DNA of 64,000 nucleotides from Candidatus Fimousia sp. (GTDB lineage Bacteria; Bacillota; Clostridia; Lachnospirales; Lachnospiraceae): NCBI GenBank assembly GCA_045616445.1, contig JAZLGR010000017.1, positions 2,202 to 66,201 of the forward strand, read 5' to 3'. Shown piece by piece: positions 55,937 to 64,000 of this stretch (position 1 is its first letter; each line of letters starts with the position of its first letter). The notes under the pieces were generated by a model. It saw only the letters and a program-made list of their open reading frames with translations, ran no database searches and was not told where the DNA came from. The position numbers and the translations under genes were made by a program.

Positions 55937-57049
55937 CTATAAATCAATAATTGTTACTCCAGGATTATCTCCTTCGGAGAAATAATATAATTTATTATTG
56001 CATTCTCCCAAAATTGAGCAAGTATAACTATATCCTTTATTTATAGTTGTTAACTTTCCTGTCTTTTTATTGTACTTGTAAAGGATTGCCTGATTGTTAT
56101 CCCCATCCTCATCATCATATAAGATAGAAGTAACGTACATATCATTCCCTTTTAAAAAAACGCTTGTCAGAAATTCTGGATATACGGAGCTTCTGTGAAA
56201 TACAGTTGCCTTTGCTATCTTTGTTTCACTTCCGCCATCTTTCTTTGCATATACATTATTATCTCGAACATACACAATTCCATCACTAGTTGTATTAAAT
56301 ACAGTATTCGTTGTTTTTACAAGACGACTAATCTTCCCTTTTGTGTTTAAAGAACAGAGTTTAGTCTGATAAAATCCCCATTCATTCTGTTCTTCATTCA
56401 ATCCAAAATATAATTTCTTTTTGGATACAACTAATTTAGCTGATGCACCTCCAGCAATTTTCTTCGTTTTTTTTGTGCTTACATTATATTCATATAACTT
56501 ATAATCATAGCAATCATTGTTATTTACTTCTTTCACTGTATAGTAAATCTTACCATTATATAATACACACTCACCAAATGGGCGATCGTTATTGAATTTT
56601 TCTTTTACTACCTTTATGCTTTTCAATTTGCCACTGCTAAATACATATATGCCGACATTTTTGCCATAATTTTTATATAAGTATAGCTTTTTGTTAATGA
56701 CTCCTAACAGATAATAATTTTCTGTTAACCCCTTTAACTTTTTCTTTGATTTACCTGTTATGCTTACAGAATATAATGCATTATTTTTGCTGCTTCTATA
56801 GTAAACTGTCTTTCCGTCAACTACGAAATTACTTTTCCAAATTGCACCCAATTCTACTTTTTTCCCTTTTGTATCCTTGTGATATAATTTGTCAGCCTTT
56901 TCATAAGTGATCCCGTTCTTATCTTTGATGCCATGATATGATGTCAGACTTGACTCTGCAGCAATCACTGGTTTAGAATCTATTGCAATAATAATCATCC
57001 CAAGTAAGAATAGCAAAAATAAACAACTACCATACATACTTTTTTTCAT
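55937..57049 (-). CDS. secreted DUF5050-like beta-propeller repeat protein
   Basis: Signal peptide, then repeated K-x-[IL]-Y-[YF] blade-like units (GKTVYYRS, KKLYLYKN, GKIYYTVK, KKLYFGLN, NKLYYFSE). Lies in the AT-rich island, 11 nt after the upstream gene. Confidence 0.55.
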   Translation of the reverse strand: MKKSMYGSCLFLLFLLGMIIIAIDSKPVIAAESSLTSYHGIKDKNGITYEKADKLYHKDTKGKKVELGAIWKSNFVVDGKTVYYRSSKNNALYSVSITGKSKKKLKGLTENYYLLGVINKKLYLYKNYGKNVGIYVFSSGKLKSIKVVKEKFNNDRPFGECVLYNGKIYYTVKEVNNNDCYDYKLYEYNVSTKKTKKIAGGASAKLVVSKKKLYFGLNEEQNEWGFYQTKLCSLNTKGKISRLVKTTNTVFNTTSDGIVYVRDNNVYAKKDGGSETKIAKATVFHRSSVYPEFLTSVFLKGNDMYVTSILYDDEDGDNNQAILYKYNKKTGKLTTINKGYSYTCSILGECNNKLYYFSEGDNPGVTIIDL

Positions 57050-57060
57050 AACAATCCTCC

Positions 57061-58269
57061 TTAAAACTCCGATTTAAGTATTTTATATACTCTTTGATGT
57101 GTTATAGTTCCACTAGAATTCGTCATACACATTCCAAAAAATACATAATCACCTTTTAATTGAATTCCTTCAATCTCTGCTCCAACAACACCGGATGGTT
57201 TATTAATACTAATTGACACCCTTTTACTATAAGTGTAATTATATGATTTACTATTATCAATACTTCCCGTTATTTTAGCCATTTCAGGCACTTGATCTTT
57301 CTTACCGCCAGAAATATAAATAGATTTTCCATCAGATAATTCACATCCCTGGAAAGAATCATTTGGTAAAATCCTATTTGCACTAGACTGATAGCAACCT
57401 CCAACAAATGCTGTCCCCGTTCTTGCTACTTTGCAATCTGTAGAGGCTACGGTATTACTCTGAGTAGTATCGTCAACATTATCAAACAAATCATTTAACT
57501 CATCCATATCATAAAAACTATACTGAATATTTCCATTTTCGTTCTTCATCCAAATATATAAGGTTGTTCTGTCACTAGATAATGCACAATCTACTCTTTT
57601 TACTTCTGCATTATTATATTTTTCTCTATTTTTATTAGCATAATTAATATAGCTTAATCTAGGAATACTTGAATAATTAATGGTTGTTCCGGCAGAATAA
57701 TAAAATCTACCAATTTGAGTTGACCACATTGCTATTGGATTTGAATATGCTTTTTCTTTACAAGCTGAAACAAAGTATACATTTCCAGTTTTTGTTTCAA
57801 CATATTCCAAACTTTGACTATGTCCAAACCCAATCAAATTCATACTACTTTCATAAGTTGCCGTAGTACCATTTATTGTGCATCTAGACAAAGTCATATT
57901 GCCAGTATTCGTTTTATTTCCATTAACTATCTTTCTATCTCTTTGTAAAACATATATATACGTTGATCCAATATATACTTTTTGTATAGGATTAATACTA
58001 TTCTGCAATCCAACAATATTATAAGCCAAAGTTGGTGTTACTGTAGATGCTGCCGGAACGTTAGCTGTTGTTTTCGGAATATCTCTTAGTTGGTCTTTTG
58101 GAATACTATCTAAATATTCCTGATATTCAGCATAACTATCAAAATCGTCAATATCAACAAACTTATTACTATAATATTCTTTATCAATATCATCGACTTT
58201 CATTTCCTCCCCGTATACTGGTGAAATAAGCATAACACTTGCCAATAACACAATATTTATTTTTTTCAT
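57061..58269 (-). CDS. secreted helveticin-J-family-like protein (class III bacteriocin family)
   Basis: Signal peptide MKKINIVLLASVMLISPVYG. The blocks GHSQSLEY, IPRLSYINYA, CALSSDRT, YSFYDMDELN, FQGCELSDGKSIYISGG and AEIEGIQLKGD parallel the helveticin J blocks I recall (GHTQTWEF, FPRLSYLNRA, AAVSPDYT, FTIYNLDTIN, IQGYDLDNDGNIYISS, SEVESIQIIGE). Start ATG 58269, 6 nt after GGAGG. Confidence 0.55.
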   Translation of the reverse strand: MKKINIVLLASVMLISPVYGEEMKVDDIDKEYYSNKFVDIDDFDSYAEYQEYLDSIPKDQLRDIPKTTANVPAASTVTPTLAYNIVGLQNSINPIQKVYIGSTYIYVLQRDRKIVNGNKTNTGNMTLSRCTINGTTATYESSMNLIGFGHSQSLEYVETKTGNVYFVSACKEKAYSNPIAMWSTQIGRFYYSAGTTINYSSIPRLSYINYANKNREKYNNAEVKRVDCALSSDRTTLYIWMKNENGNIQYSFYDMDELNDLFDNVDDTTQSNTVASTDCKVARTGTAFVGGCYQSSANRILPNDSFQGCELSDGKSIYISGGKKDQVPEMAKITGSIDNSKSYNYTYSKRVSISINKPSGVVGAEIEGIQLKGDYVFFGMCMTNSSGTITHQRVYKILKSEF

Positions 58270-58306
58270 TATCATCCTCCTTAAAACTACATCTATATTC
58301 TTTTAT

Positions 58307-58336
58307 ATTATACTACCTCCATCTATAGATTTGTAA
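58307..58336 (-). promoter_or_regulatory. candidate promoter of the AT-rich island operon
   Basis: The minus strand reads TTACAA, an 18-nt spacer, then TATAAT, about 35 nt upstream of the helveticin-like start. Confidence 0.4.
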
Positions 58337-58374
58337 AAATGAAGTTCCGCTATGTAAGTATTCTGACCACATCT

Positions 58375-59193
58375 CTACCTCTGGCGCAGTTTTCCAACCA
58401 GGGTCAGCACAATAAATACTACCAGATTCACACAAACAACACTGGCGCCACTTGGGGTGCCGTATCCATAGCTAAGAATCATGCCTACGAAGAAGCAGCA
58501 CACGGAAAGAACTGCTGCACTTACAACCACCAGACGGAATTTCTTAAATACCTGCATGGAGGAAAGGGCAGGGAAGATGATCAATGAGGAAATCAGTAAA
58601 GATCCCATCATACGCATGCCAAGTACAATAGTGATAGCTGTTAAAAAGGCGATGACCATATTGTAGAGCTTGACACGGGTTCCTGTCGCTTTGGCGAAGG
58701 TTTCGTCGAAGGTAATCGCAAAGATACGATTATAAAATATGATAAACAGCACAAGCACTGCGCTGCAAAGGACAATACTAAGTCTTGCATCCTCCACACT
58801 GAGTGAGAGAATACTACCAAACATATAATTATATACTTCCATATTCATACCTGTCGTGATGGAGATTGCCATAACACCGATGGCAAGGGAACCAGAAGAA
58901 ATTAACGCAATGGCAGAATCACCATTGATCTTGTTGCTTTCACTGAGCTGAAGCAGTAAGAATGCTGCCACAACCACGACTGGAACCGTAAGCTTTAATG
59001 GTGCCATGCCGAGGGCTGTCGCGATGGCCAACGTACCAAATCCCACATGGGATAATCCGTCTCCAATCATGGAATACCTCTTTAATACGAGGCTGACGCC
59101 TAACAGAGCCGCACATAAGGATACCAAAAATCCAACGAGGAGGGCGCGGGTCATGAATTCATATTGTAACATCTCCTGAATAATATTAATCAT
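58375..59193 (-). CDS. metal (zinc-type) ABC transporter permease, ABC-3 family
   Basis: Eight hydrophobic segments typical of ZnuB/AdcB. Start ATG 59193 (MINIIQEML) overlaps the ATPase stop by 8 nt. The track start 59322 would overlap the ATPase gene by 137 nt. Confidence 0.85.
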   Translation of the reverse strand: MINIIQEMLQYEFMTRALLVGFLVSLCAALLGVSLVLKRYSMIGDGLSHVGFGTLAIATALGMAPLKLTVPVVVVAAFLLLQLSESNKINGDSAIALISSGSLAIGVMAISITTGMNMEVYNYMFGSILSLSVEDARLSIVLCSAVLVLFIIFYNRIFAITFDETFAKATGTRVKLYNMVIAFLTAITIVLGMRMMGSLLISSLIIFPALSSMQVFKKFRLVVVSAAVLSVCCFFVGMILSYGYGTPSGASVVCVNLVVFIVLTLVGKLRQR

Positions 59194-59893
59194 CCTCTTC
59201 CTCCCCCATCCAGATACGTCCGATTTTGGATTTTTTGTACTGTTTTGTCGTTCCAAAGAAAATCTGTGTTTCTGCAAGCTGCAAGATGTGGCTGGCTTCA
59301 CTGACCGCCATATCGATATCATGGGTAATCATGATTACCGCGATACCATGTTTTTCACTGAGCTCGCGGATGCACTGATACATCTCTCTGGTCGTTGCCG
59401 GATCAAGACCGGTGACTGGCTCGTCAAGGAGCAGAATCTTCTGGGTTGCACAAAGAGCACGAGCCAGAAGCACTCGCTGGCGCTGTCCGCCGGATAATTC
59501 CTGATAGCTGGTGTTTCGAAGATCTGTGATGCCCATCATCTCCATCTTATCCATAGCCGCCTTCTTATCTGCTTTATTATAGAAGAAACGACGTCCCATC
59601 TGATTGATGCGGCCGGAGATCACCACCTCAAAAACACTTGCAGGGAAATTCCTCTGTATATCTGTTGCCTGTGGAAGATAGCCAATCTCGTTGCTCTTTA
59701 AACCGTCATAGATGATTACCCCTTCCATTGGCAGAATCAGACCCAGAATCCCCTTCATCAGAGTACTTTTGCCGGAACCATTCTCTCCAACGATGCAGAG
59801 GTAATCCCCCTCTTCCACTTTGAAATTCAATTGATCTACTGCAGCCTTGCCTTCGTAGCCAAAAGCCGCATTCTTACATTCTATAAGCGCCAT
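59186..59893 (-). CDS. metal (zinc-type) ABC transporter ATP-binding protein
   Basis: Walker A GENGSGKST, signature LSGGQRQRVLLARAL, Walker B LLLDEPVTGLD. Confidence 0.9.
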   Translation of the reverse strand: MALIECKNAAFGYEGKAAVDQLNFKVEEGDYLCIVGENGSGKSTLMKGILGLILPMEGVIIYDGLKSNEIGYLPQATDIQRNFPASVFEVVISGRINQMGRRFFYNKADKKAAMDKMEMMGITDLRNTSYQELSGGQRQRVLLARALCATQKILLLDEPVTGLDPATTREMYQCIRELSEKHGIAVIMITHDIDMAVSEASHILQLAETQIFFGTTKQYKKSKIGRIWMGEEEDD

Positions 59894-60870
59894 TATTCTA
59901 ACGCCTCCTTTAACACCTCGACATTATCCCACATCATTTCAAGATAACCAGTTCCATTCTTAAACTGCTTTTTCGTTACATTGTGCACAGCATTAAACTG
60001 TCGGTTTTTTGCCCCAGTTTCGGAGCAAATGGTATTCACCATGTCTTGATTGGACAATTCCACGTGAAAAACTACTGGAATCTCCTTACTTTTTACTTTA
60101 TCAATCAAAAATGCTACTGTTTTTGCATTTGGTTCAGTATCAGACGCACAGCCTGGAAATGCTGCATAGTAAGAAAGTCCATACTCTTCCACAAAATATC
60201 GAAGTGGAAAACGATCACCGAAGATTAATGTCTTACGTTTTCCATGATTTACCACGTTCCAAAAAGCCCCATCAAGTTCTTCAAGGTCACTCACGTAATT
60301 GGAAACATTTGCCTTATAAGTTTTTGCATGTACAGAATCGGCCTGTTCGAGTGCTTCCCCGATGTGTTTCGTAATTTTGATGGCATTTGCCGGAGCCGTC
60401 CAGATATGCTCATCATATTCAACTTCGGGGTCATCCATTAATGCGTCATCCGCATCTTTTTCTTCGTGGCTTTCCATCCCTTCAACCGCTTCCTCTTCAT
60501 AGAGTTCCACACAATCCATCAAACGAACGACTTTAATTTTCGCATCTAATGTTTCTAAAATGTCGCTTACCCATGCTTCTGACTCGCCACCTGTGTATAC
60601 AAAGACATCACAATTTTCAATGGCAATGATATCTTTCGGAGTTGGTTCAAACGAATGAGCCTCCTGCCCTGGTGCGAGAAGCATCGTCACCTCGGCACTG
60701 TCACCGGCTACTTTTCTTGCAAAATCATAAGGAGAAAAATCCGTTGCCATAATATGAAGTTTTTCTTCTTTCTTCTGCTTTTGATTATTTGCCGTTTCCA
60801 CGCCCATGCATCCCGCAAATAGGCCTGCGACTAAAACTACAATCAAAGCAAATGTCCACATTCGTTTCAT
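59893..60870 (-). CDS. metal (zinc-type) ABC transporter substrate-binding lipoprotein (ZnuA/AdcA-like)
   Basis: Lipobox LFAGCMG, a cluster-9 SBP fold and an acidic/His loop MESHEEKDADDALMDDPEVEYDEH typical of zinc-specific members. The start is uncertain (60870 or 60882). Confidence 0.85.
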   Translation of the reverse strand: MKRMWTFALIVVLVAGLFAGCMGVETANNQKQKKEEKLHIMATDFSPYDFARKVAGDSAEVTMLLAPGQEAHSFEPTPKDIIAIENCDVFVYTGGESEAWVSDILETLDAKIKVVRLMDCVELYEEEAVEGMESHEEKDADDALMDDPEVEYDEHIWTAPANAIKITKHIGEALEQADSVHAKTYKANVSNYVSDLEELDGAFWNVVNHGKRKTLIFGDRFPLRYFVEEYGLSYYAAFPGCASDTEPNAKTVAFLIDKVKSKEIPVVFHVELSNQDMVNTICSETGAKNRQFNAVHNVTKKQFKNGTGYLEMMWDNVEVLKEALE

Positions 60871-60897
60871 CTTTCTCACCAATCAGTATCCATACAG

Positions 60898-61311
60898 CTA
60901 CTGACAATTTTCACACATTCCATACAATACTGAATTCTCACACTGGAGCATAAAATGATGATGCTCCATCATATGACCGCGAATCTGGTCCATAAATCCA
61001 CAATTCAAGTGGATCATCCTGCCACATTTCACACACTGCATATGTAGATGTTCATGACAGCCATGAGGGCCGTGGGAGTCATCCACATACTGAAATACTG
61101 CTTTTTTCCCATCCTCATTCTGATATTTTAATACGGTTCCGTCGGAAACCAGCTTATCCAGATTGCGATAAATGGTGCTGACATTGACCTGTTCCTGACA
61201 GGATTCAAAGTATGCTTTGATATCTGCAATGCTGGCTGTGCGGTCCTTGGACTGGATAAGATAATCTATGATCAATTTTCTACTTTTTGTCTTATATTCT
61301 CGCTTTGCCAT
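60898..61311 (-). CDS. zur: Fur family transcriptional regulator, Zur-like
   Basis: wHTH plus CxxC pairs (CVKCG, CENC) and a His-rich region. First gene of the zinc uptake operon. Confidence 0.75.
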   Translation of the reverse strand: MAKREYKTKSRKLIIDYLIQSKDRTASIADIKAYFESCQEQVNVSTIYRNLDKLVSDGTVLKYQNEDGKKAVFQYVDDSHGPHGCHEHLHMQCVKCGRMIHLNCGFMDQIRGHMMEHHHFMLQCENSVLYGMCENCQ

Positions 61312-61339
61312 TCCTTTTCTCCTTTGCGCATTGAATTGT

Positions 61340-61393
61340 ATTATATGATGTCATTTGCAAAAAGTCAATGAATTTGCAAAACATTTGCAAATT
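61340..61393 (-). promoter_or_regulatory. zur-znu promoter with candidate Zur box palindrome
   Basis: The minus strand reads TTGACT (61368..61363), 17 nt, then TATAAT (61345..61340). A perfect 10-3-10 palindrome AATTTGCAAAACATTTGCAAATT sits at 61371..61393, and a third TTTGCAAA lies in the spacer. Confidence 0.55.
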
Positions 61394-61487
61394 AAAAGAG
61401 ATGATTCCATAGTGTATATGAAATCATCTCCTGAGATTCTTCAATATGATATAATTTTCCTTCTTTTATAGCAGTTTTACAGCCGTT

Positions 61488-62252
61488 TTATGGCAATTCT
61501 TCCGTTTTGACCTCCGGATGGATTGCCGCTTCGATTTCACGGCCAATGGACTGCATCTCCAAGTCTAATCTGGCACTTTCTTCTGCACAGGCCTTCAGGC
61601 GGTTCTCCACGTCGTTGATATTCGGAATATTCTTCTTATATCGAACCTTGTGTTCAAGACTTGCCCAGAAATCCATGGCGATGGTTCGAATCTGAACCTC
61701 CACATTCATGTATTCCTTGTTGTCAGCTAAGAAAATTGGCACTTCGATGATCAGATGCATGCTTCGATAGCCATTATCCTTCGGATCCTTGATATAATCC
61801 TTCTTGCGGATGAGACGGATGTCGTCCTGCTTTAACAAAAGCTCAGCGATGGTGTAGATATCATTGACAAAGGAACAGATTACGCGAACCCCTGCCACGT
61901 CATAAAGATTCTCTCTGATGGATTCCACTGTCACCGGAAACTTGTTACGGTGAAGCTTCTCCACAATACTGAGGGGTGTCTTCATACGGCTGGCGATTCG
62001 TTCGATTGGATTTCTCTTATTTCTGACGCTGAAGTCTTCATTGAGTACTTCTAACTTGGTCTGAACTTCCTTGATCGCACATTTGTACTGCATCATGAGA
62101 AGCAGAAAGTCCGGTTCGTCCTGTAAGAGAACGGCTGCTTCGTGAATGACTTTGTATTCGCCCGGTTCTTTTTTGACTGCTTCCATCTTCTCTGCAGTCA
62201 TCTGTGGTGTAACCGGTGTAATTGGTGCTATAGGTGCAATTGGCGTAATCAT
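61488..62252 (-). CDS. small alarmone synthetase (RelP/RelQ-type GTP pyrophosphokinase)
   Basis: RelA/SpoT synthetase-only domain (DVAGVRVIC, GYRSMHLII, EVQIRTIAMDFWASLEH). AGGAGAG SD before ATG 62252. Confidence 0.88.
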   Translation of the reverse strand: MITPIAPIAPITPVTPQMTAEKMEAVKKEPGEYKVIHEAAVLLQDEPDFLLLMMQYKCAIKEVQTKLEVLNEDFSVRNKRNPIERIASRMKTPLSIVEKLHRNKFPVTVESIRENLYDVAGVRVICSFVNDIYTIAELLLKQDDIRLIRKKDYIKDPKDNGYRSMHLIIEVPIFLADNKEYMNVEVQIRTIAMDFWASLEHKVRYKKNIPNINDVENRLKACAEESARLDLEMQSIGREIEAAIHPEVKTEELP

Positions 62253-62304
62253 GAGCTCTCTCCTGCTTATGTTTCGTTCTAGCTGCTAGAACTGCGACTA
62301 TGAT

Positions 62305-63246
62305 TTATTCTTCTTCTGTAGTTTCTTCTGCTGCTTCTGTTGTGTCTTCTGGTTCTTCTACTTTTGGATACATATCAAAAATAACATCTCCTGCTTTTGT
62401 GCCTCCACGGAACTGTGCTAAATCTTCCATGGTAACAAGCTGGAAGCCCTGATCGATGAGTTCAGGAACGATCTTCTTGGATGCTTTGTATGTGGATTCA
62501 TATAAGGAATGCATCAGGATGATATCGCCATCCTTGATATCCTTGGTTGCTTTTTTGTATACCTTCTTCGCGTCACGGTATCTCCAGTCCTCTGTATCTA
62601 CAGACCAGAGGATGATGGCACGGTCAATATTCTTTAATACGTCTTCGCTATATGCGCCTTCAGGGGCACGGAAGGAGATTGGCTTTGTATGTGCGCCATA
62701 TTCCTTTAAGATCTTGTCATTCTTTTTCAGCTGTTTTTTCATGCCTTCTGTGGAAAGATTACGGATATTCTTGTGGTTGAAGGTATGGCTTGCAAGTTCA
62801 CAGTAGGAATCAGAGATTGCCTGTTCTGCATCTCCCATATTAAAGAGGTCGATACGTTCTCCTACTTCATAGAAGGTAGCGCCGGATTCATATTCATCAA
62901 AAAGTGCTACGAAATCCTTGGTAAACTGGGATGGACCGTCATCATAAGTAATGGCAACCATTGGTTTTTTGCCATCAACGGTTCTTGTCACTGCACCTTC
63001 GTCATCTGTGTAGTAGATCTTCTGTTCATCTTCGATGACGAATCTGCCCTTGGCAATTTCACCGTCTTCATTATAATAATACTGTTTGCCGTCTTTTTCT
63101 TCCCAGGTGTTGGTCTTCACTTCTTCTTTGAAGACATCTCCACCCTTTTTGCTTGTTTTTCCTTTCTTACCGCCACATGCGACAAGGCCAAATGCCATTG
63201 TCACAACGAGCATGATTACTACTAACTGTTTTACTTTATTTCGCAT
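62305..63246 (-). CDS. polysaccharide deacetylase (NodB/CE4) lipoprotein with cell-wall-binding-type repeats
   Basis: Lipobox LVACGG, GKQYYYNEDGEIAKGRF repeats, and NodB motifs TYDDGP and SHTFNH. Confidence 0.88.
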   Translation of the reverse strand: MRNKVKQLVVIMLVVTMAFGLVACGGKKGKTSKKGGDVFKEEVKTNTWEEKDGKQYYYNEDGEIAKGRFVIEDEQKIYYTDDEGAVTRTVDGKKPMVAITYDDGPSQFTKDFVALFDEYESGATFYEVGERIDLFNMGDAEQAISDSYCELASHTFNHKNIRNLSTEGMKKQLKKNDKILKEYGAHTKPISFRAPEGAYSEDVLKNIDRAIILWSVDTEDWRYRDAKKVYKKATKDIKDGDIILMHSLYESTYKASKKIVPELIDQGFQLVTMEDLAQFRGGTKAGDVIFDMYPKVEEPEDTTEAAEETTEEE

Positions 63247-63277
63247 GAATACTTACTCCTGTTTCCTATACTAATCT

Positions 63278-64000
63278 TTAATCTTCTCCATCCACCTGAG
63301 AATCACCTGGATTTGGTTCTGGTTCCGGACTCGGACTGCTTGTTGCCGCAGTTGTCTTCTCAGTTGCTGGTTTTTTCTTTTCTGTGGTTACCTTCTTTTT
63401 CTCTGTTGTCTTGGCAGCTGCTGCCGCAGTTGTTCCCTGCTGTGGCTGTGCTGCCTGATTATTGGCATTATTATTGTTATTCTGCTGCTGAGCAGTTGTG
63501 GTTGTTGTCACTTCTGTCGTCGCAGATGTTGGTGTCTGGGTTGTTGTCTTACCGCCGGATGGTGGGAAGGAGATATATGCACGTCCTTTCTCCACGCCGC
63601 CCCTGAACTGCGCTAAATCCTGAACATTGACCAGCTGGAAGCCCTGACGGGTTAAGTTTGGTACGATCTTCTTCAATGCTTCCGCAGTTGGTTTCTTCAG
63701 GGCAGTAAGCATAATGATATCCCCATCGGAAATGTCTGTTGTGGCAATTTCTGTAATCTCATCCACATCCTGTGACTGCCAGTCATTGGTGTCAACAGTC
63801 CATAAGATGATTGGATGATTCACGGCTGATAAGATAGTTTCATTGATCACACCATTCGGTGTTCTGACATAAATCTCATTCTTGTCCGCTTCCTCTTCCG
63901 AAATACCCATCACACGATTTAAGATGGCATCCGTCTGACTGATCTCAGTGCTTATTTTTTCTTCATCGGTTTCAGAAAGCTTGTTGGTATAAGTATGGTT
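63278..64000 (-). CDS. polysaccharide deacetylase (NodB/CE4), C-terminal part with a low-complexity tail (gene runs off right edge)
   Basis: The frame is open to position 64000. My translation from the edge reads NHTYTNKLSETDEEKISTEISQTDAILNRVMGISEEE (NodB H-x-x-x-H region). The tail is T/Q/N/A/K-rich. Confidence 0.85.
   Translation of the reverse strand, partial: NHTYTNKLSETDEEKISTEISQTDAILNRVMGISEEEADKNEIYVRTPNGVINETILSAVNHPIILWTVDTNDWQSQDVDEITEIATTDISDGDIIMLTALKKPTAEALKKIVPNLTRQGFQLVNVQDLAQFRGGVEKGRAYISFPPSGGKTTTQTPTSATTEVTTTTTAQQQNNNNNANNQAAQPQQGTTAAAAAKTTEKKKVTTEKKKPATEKTTAATSSPSPEPEPNPGDSQVDGED

Noticed and set aside
55913-58340. AT-rich island as a prophage remnant or IS element.
   Set aside because: There is no integrase, transposase or phage structural gene, and no inverted or direct terminal repeats are visible. 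It is kept only as a compositional island with cargo genes.
58339-58587. 82-aa plus-strand ORF at the junction between the island and the znuB-like gene.
   Set aside because: It lies mostly antisense to the ABC-3 permease gene, with no SD. It is a shadow ORF.
62202-62252. PIAPIAPITPVTP repeat at the N-terminus of the small alarmone synthetase, arising from 9-nt DNA repeats.
   Set aside because: It is a short low-complexity extension before the conserved domain and is probably without special significance. The SD supports the long start but nothing more can be said.

Overview
This is a 64 kb chromosomal window from a low/medium-GC Firmicute. A Lachnospiraceae-like Clostridium is my inference from protein style only. 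About 56 of 67 genes lie on the minus strand. Most of the window is core housekeeping: uvrBA, ctpA-like protease, murI-ddl, ispE, ftsH, tex, glgA, glgB, the rpmG-secE-nusG-rplKAJL cluster, nrdD/nrdG, aspC-like aminotransferase, thiD, trpS, nth, a zur-znu-type zinc uptake operon and a small alarmone synthetase. I saw no rRNA, tRNA, CRISPR array, transposase or integrase.

Two accessory regions stand out.

1. 40861-44769 (minus) is a tightly packed eight-gene Tad/Flp-like (type IVc pilus-like) operon behind a consensus TTGACA-17-TATAAT promoter.
- It encodes a short CpaF/VirB11-type ATPase whose conserved N-terminus lies upstream of any canonical start codon.
- It encodes a two-domain GspF/TadBC-like platform protein and three membrane-anchored 104-134 aa proteins.
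- It also holds three mini-ORFs (34, 46 and 52 aa) that are missing from the ORF track. All three begin M-[KR]-x4-[EM]-Y-G followed by a hydrophobic helix, so they look like Flp pilins that are nearly leaderless.
- No prepilin peptidase or TadZ is present in the window.

2. 55.9-58.3 kb is a strongly AT-rich two-gene island. It encodes a secreted helveticin-J-like (class III bacteriocin family) protein and a secreted DUF5050-like beta-propeller protein.

I also call candidate cis elements: a LexA box, a LacI-type operator pair, NrdR boxes, a YtrA-type palindrome over a promoter, a Zur-type palindrome, the L10 leader, twin L1-type hairpins, and many intrinsic terminators. Several ORF-track starts were moved to starts supported by a Shine-Dalgarno (SD) ribosome-binding sequence.
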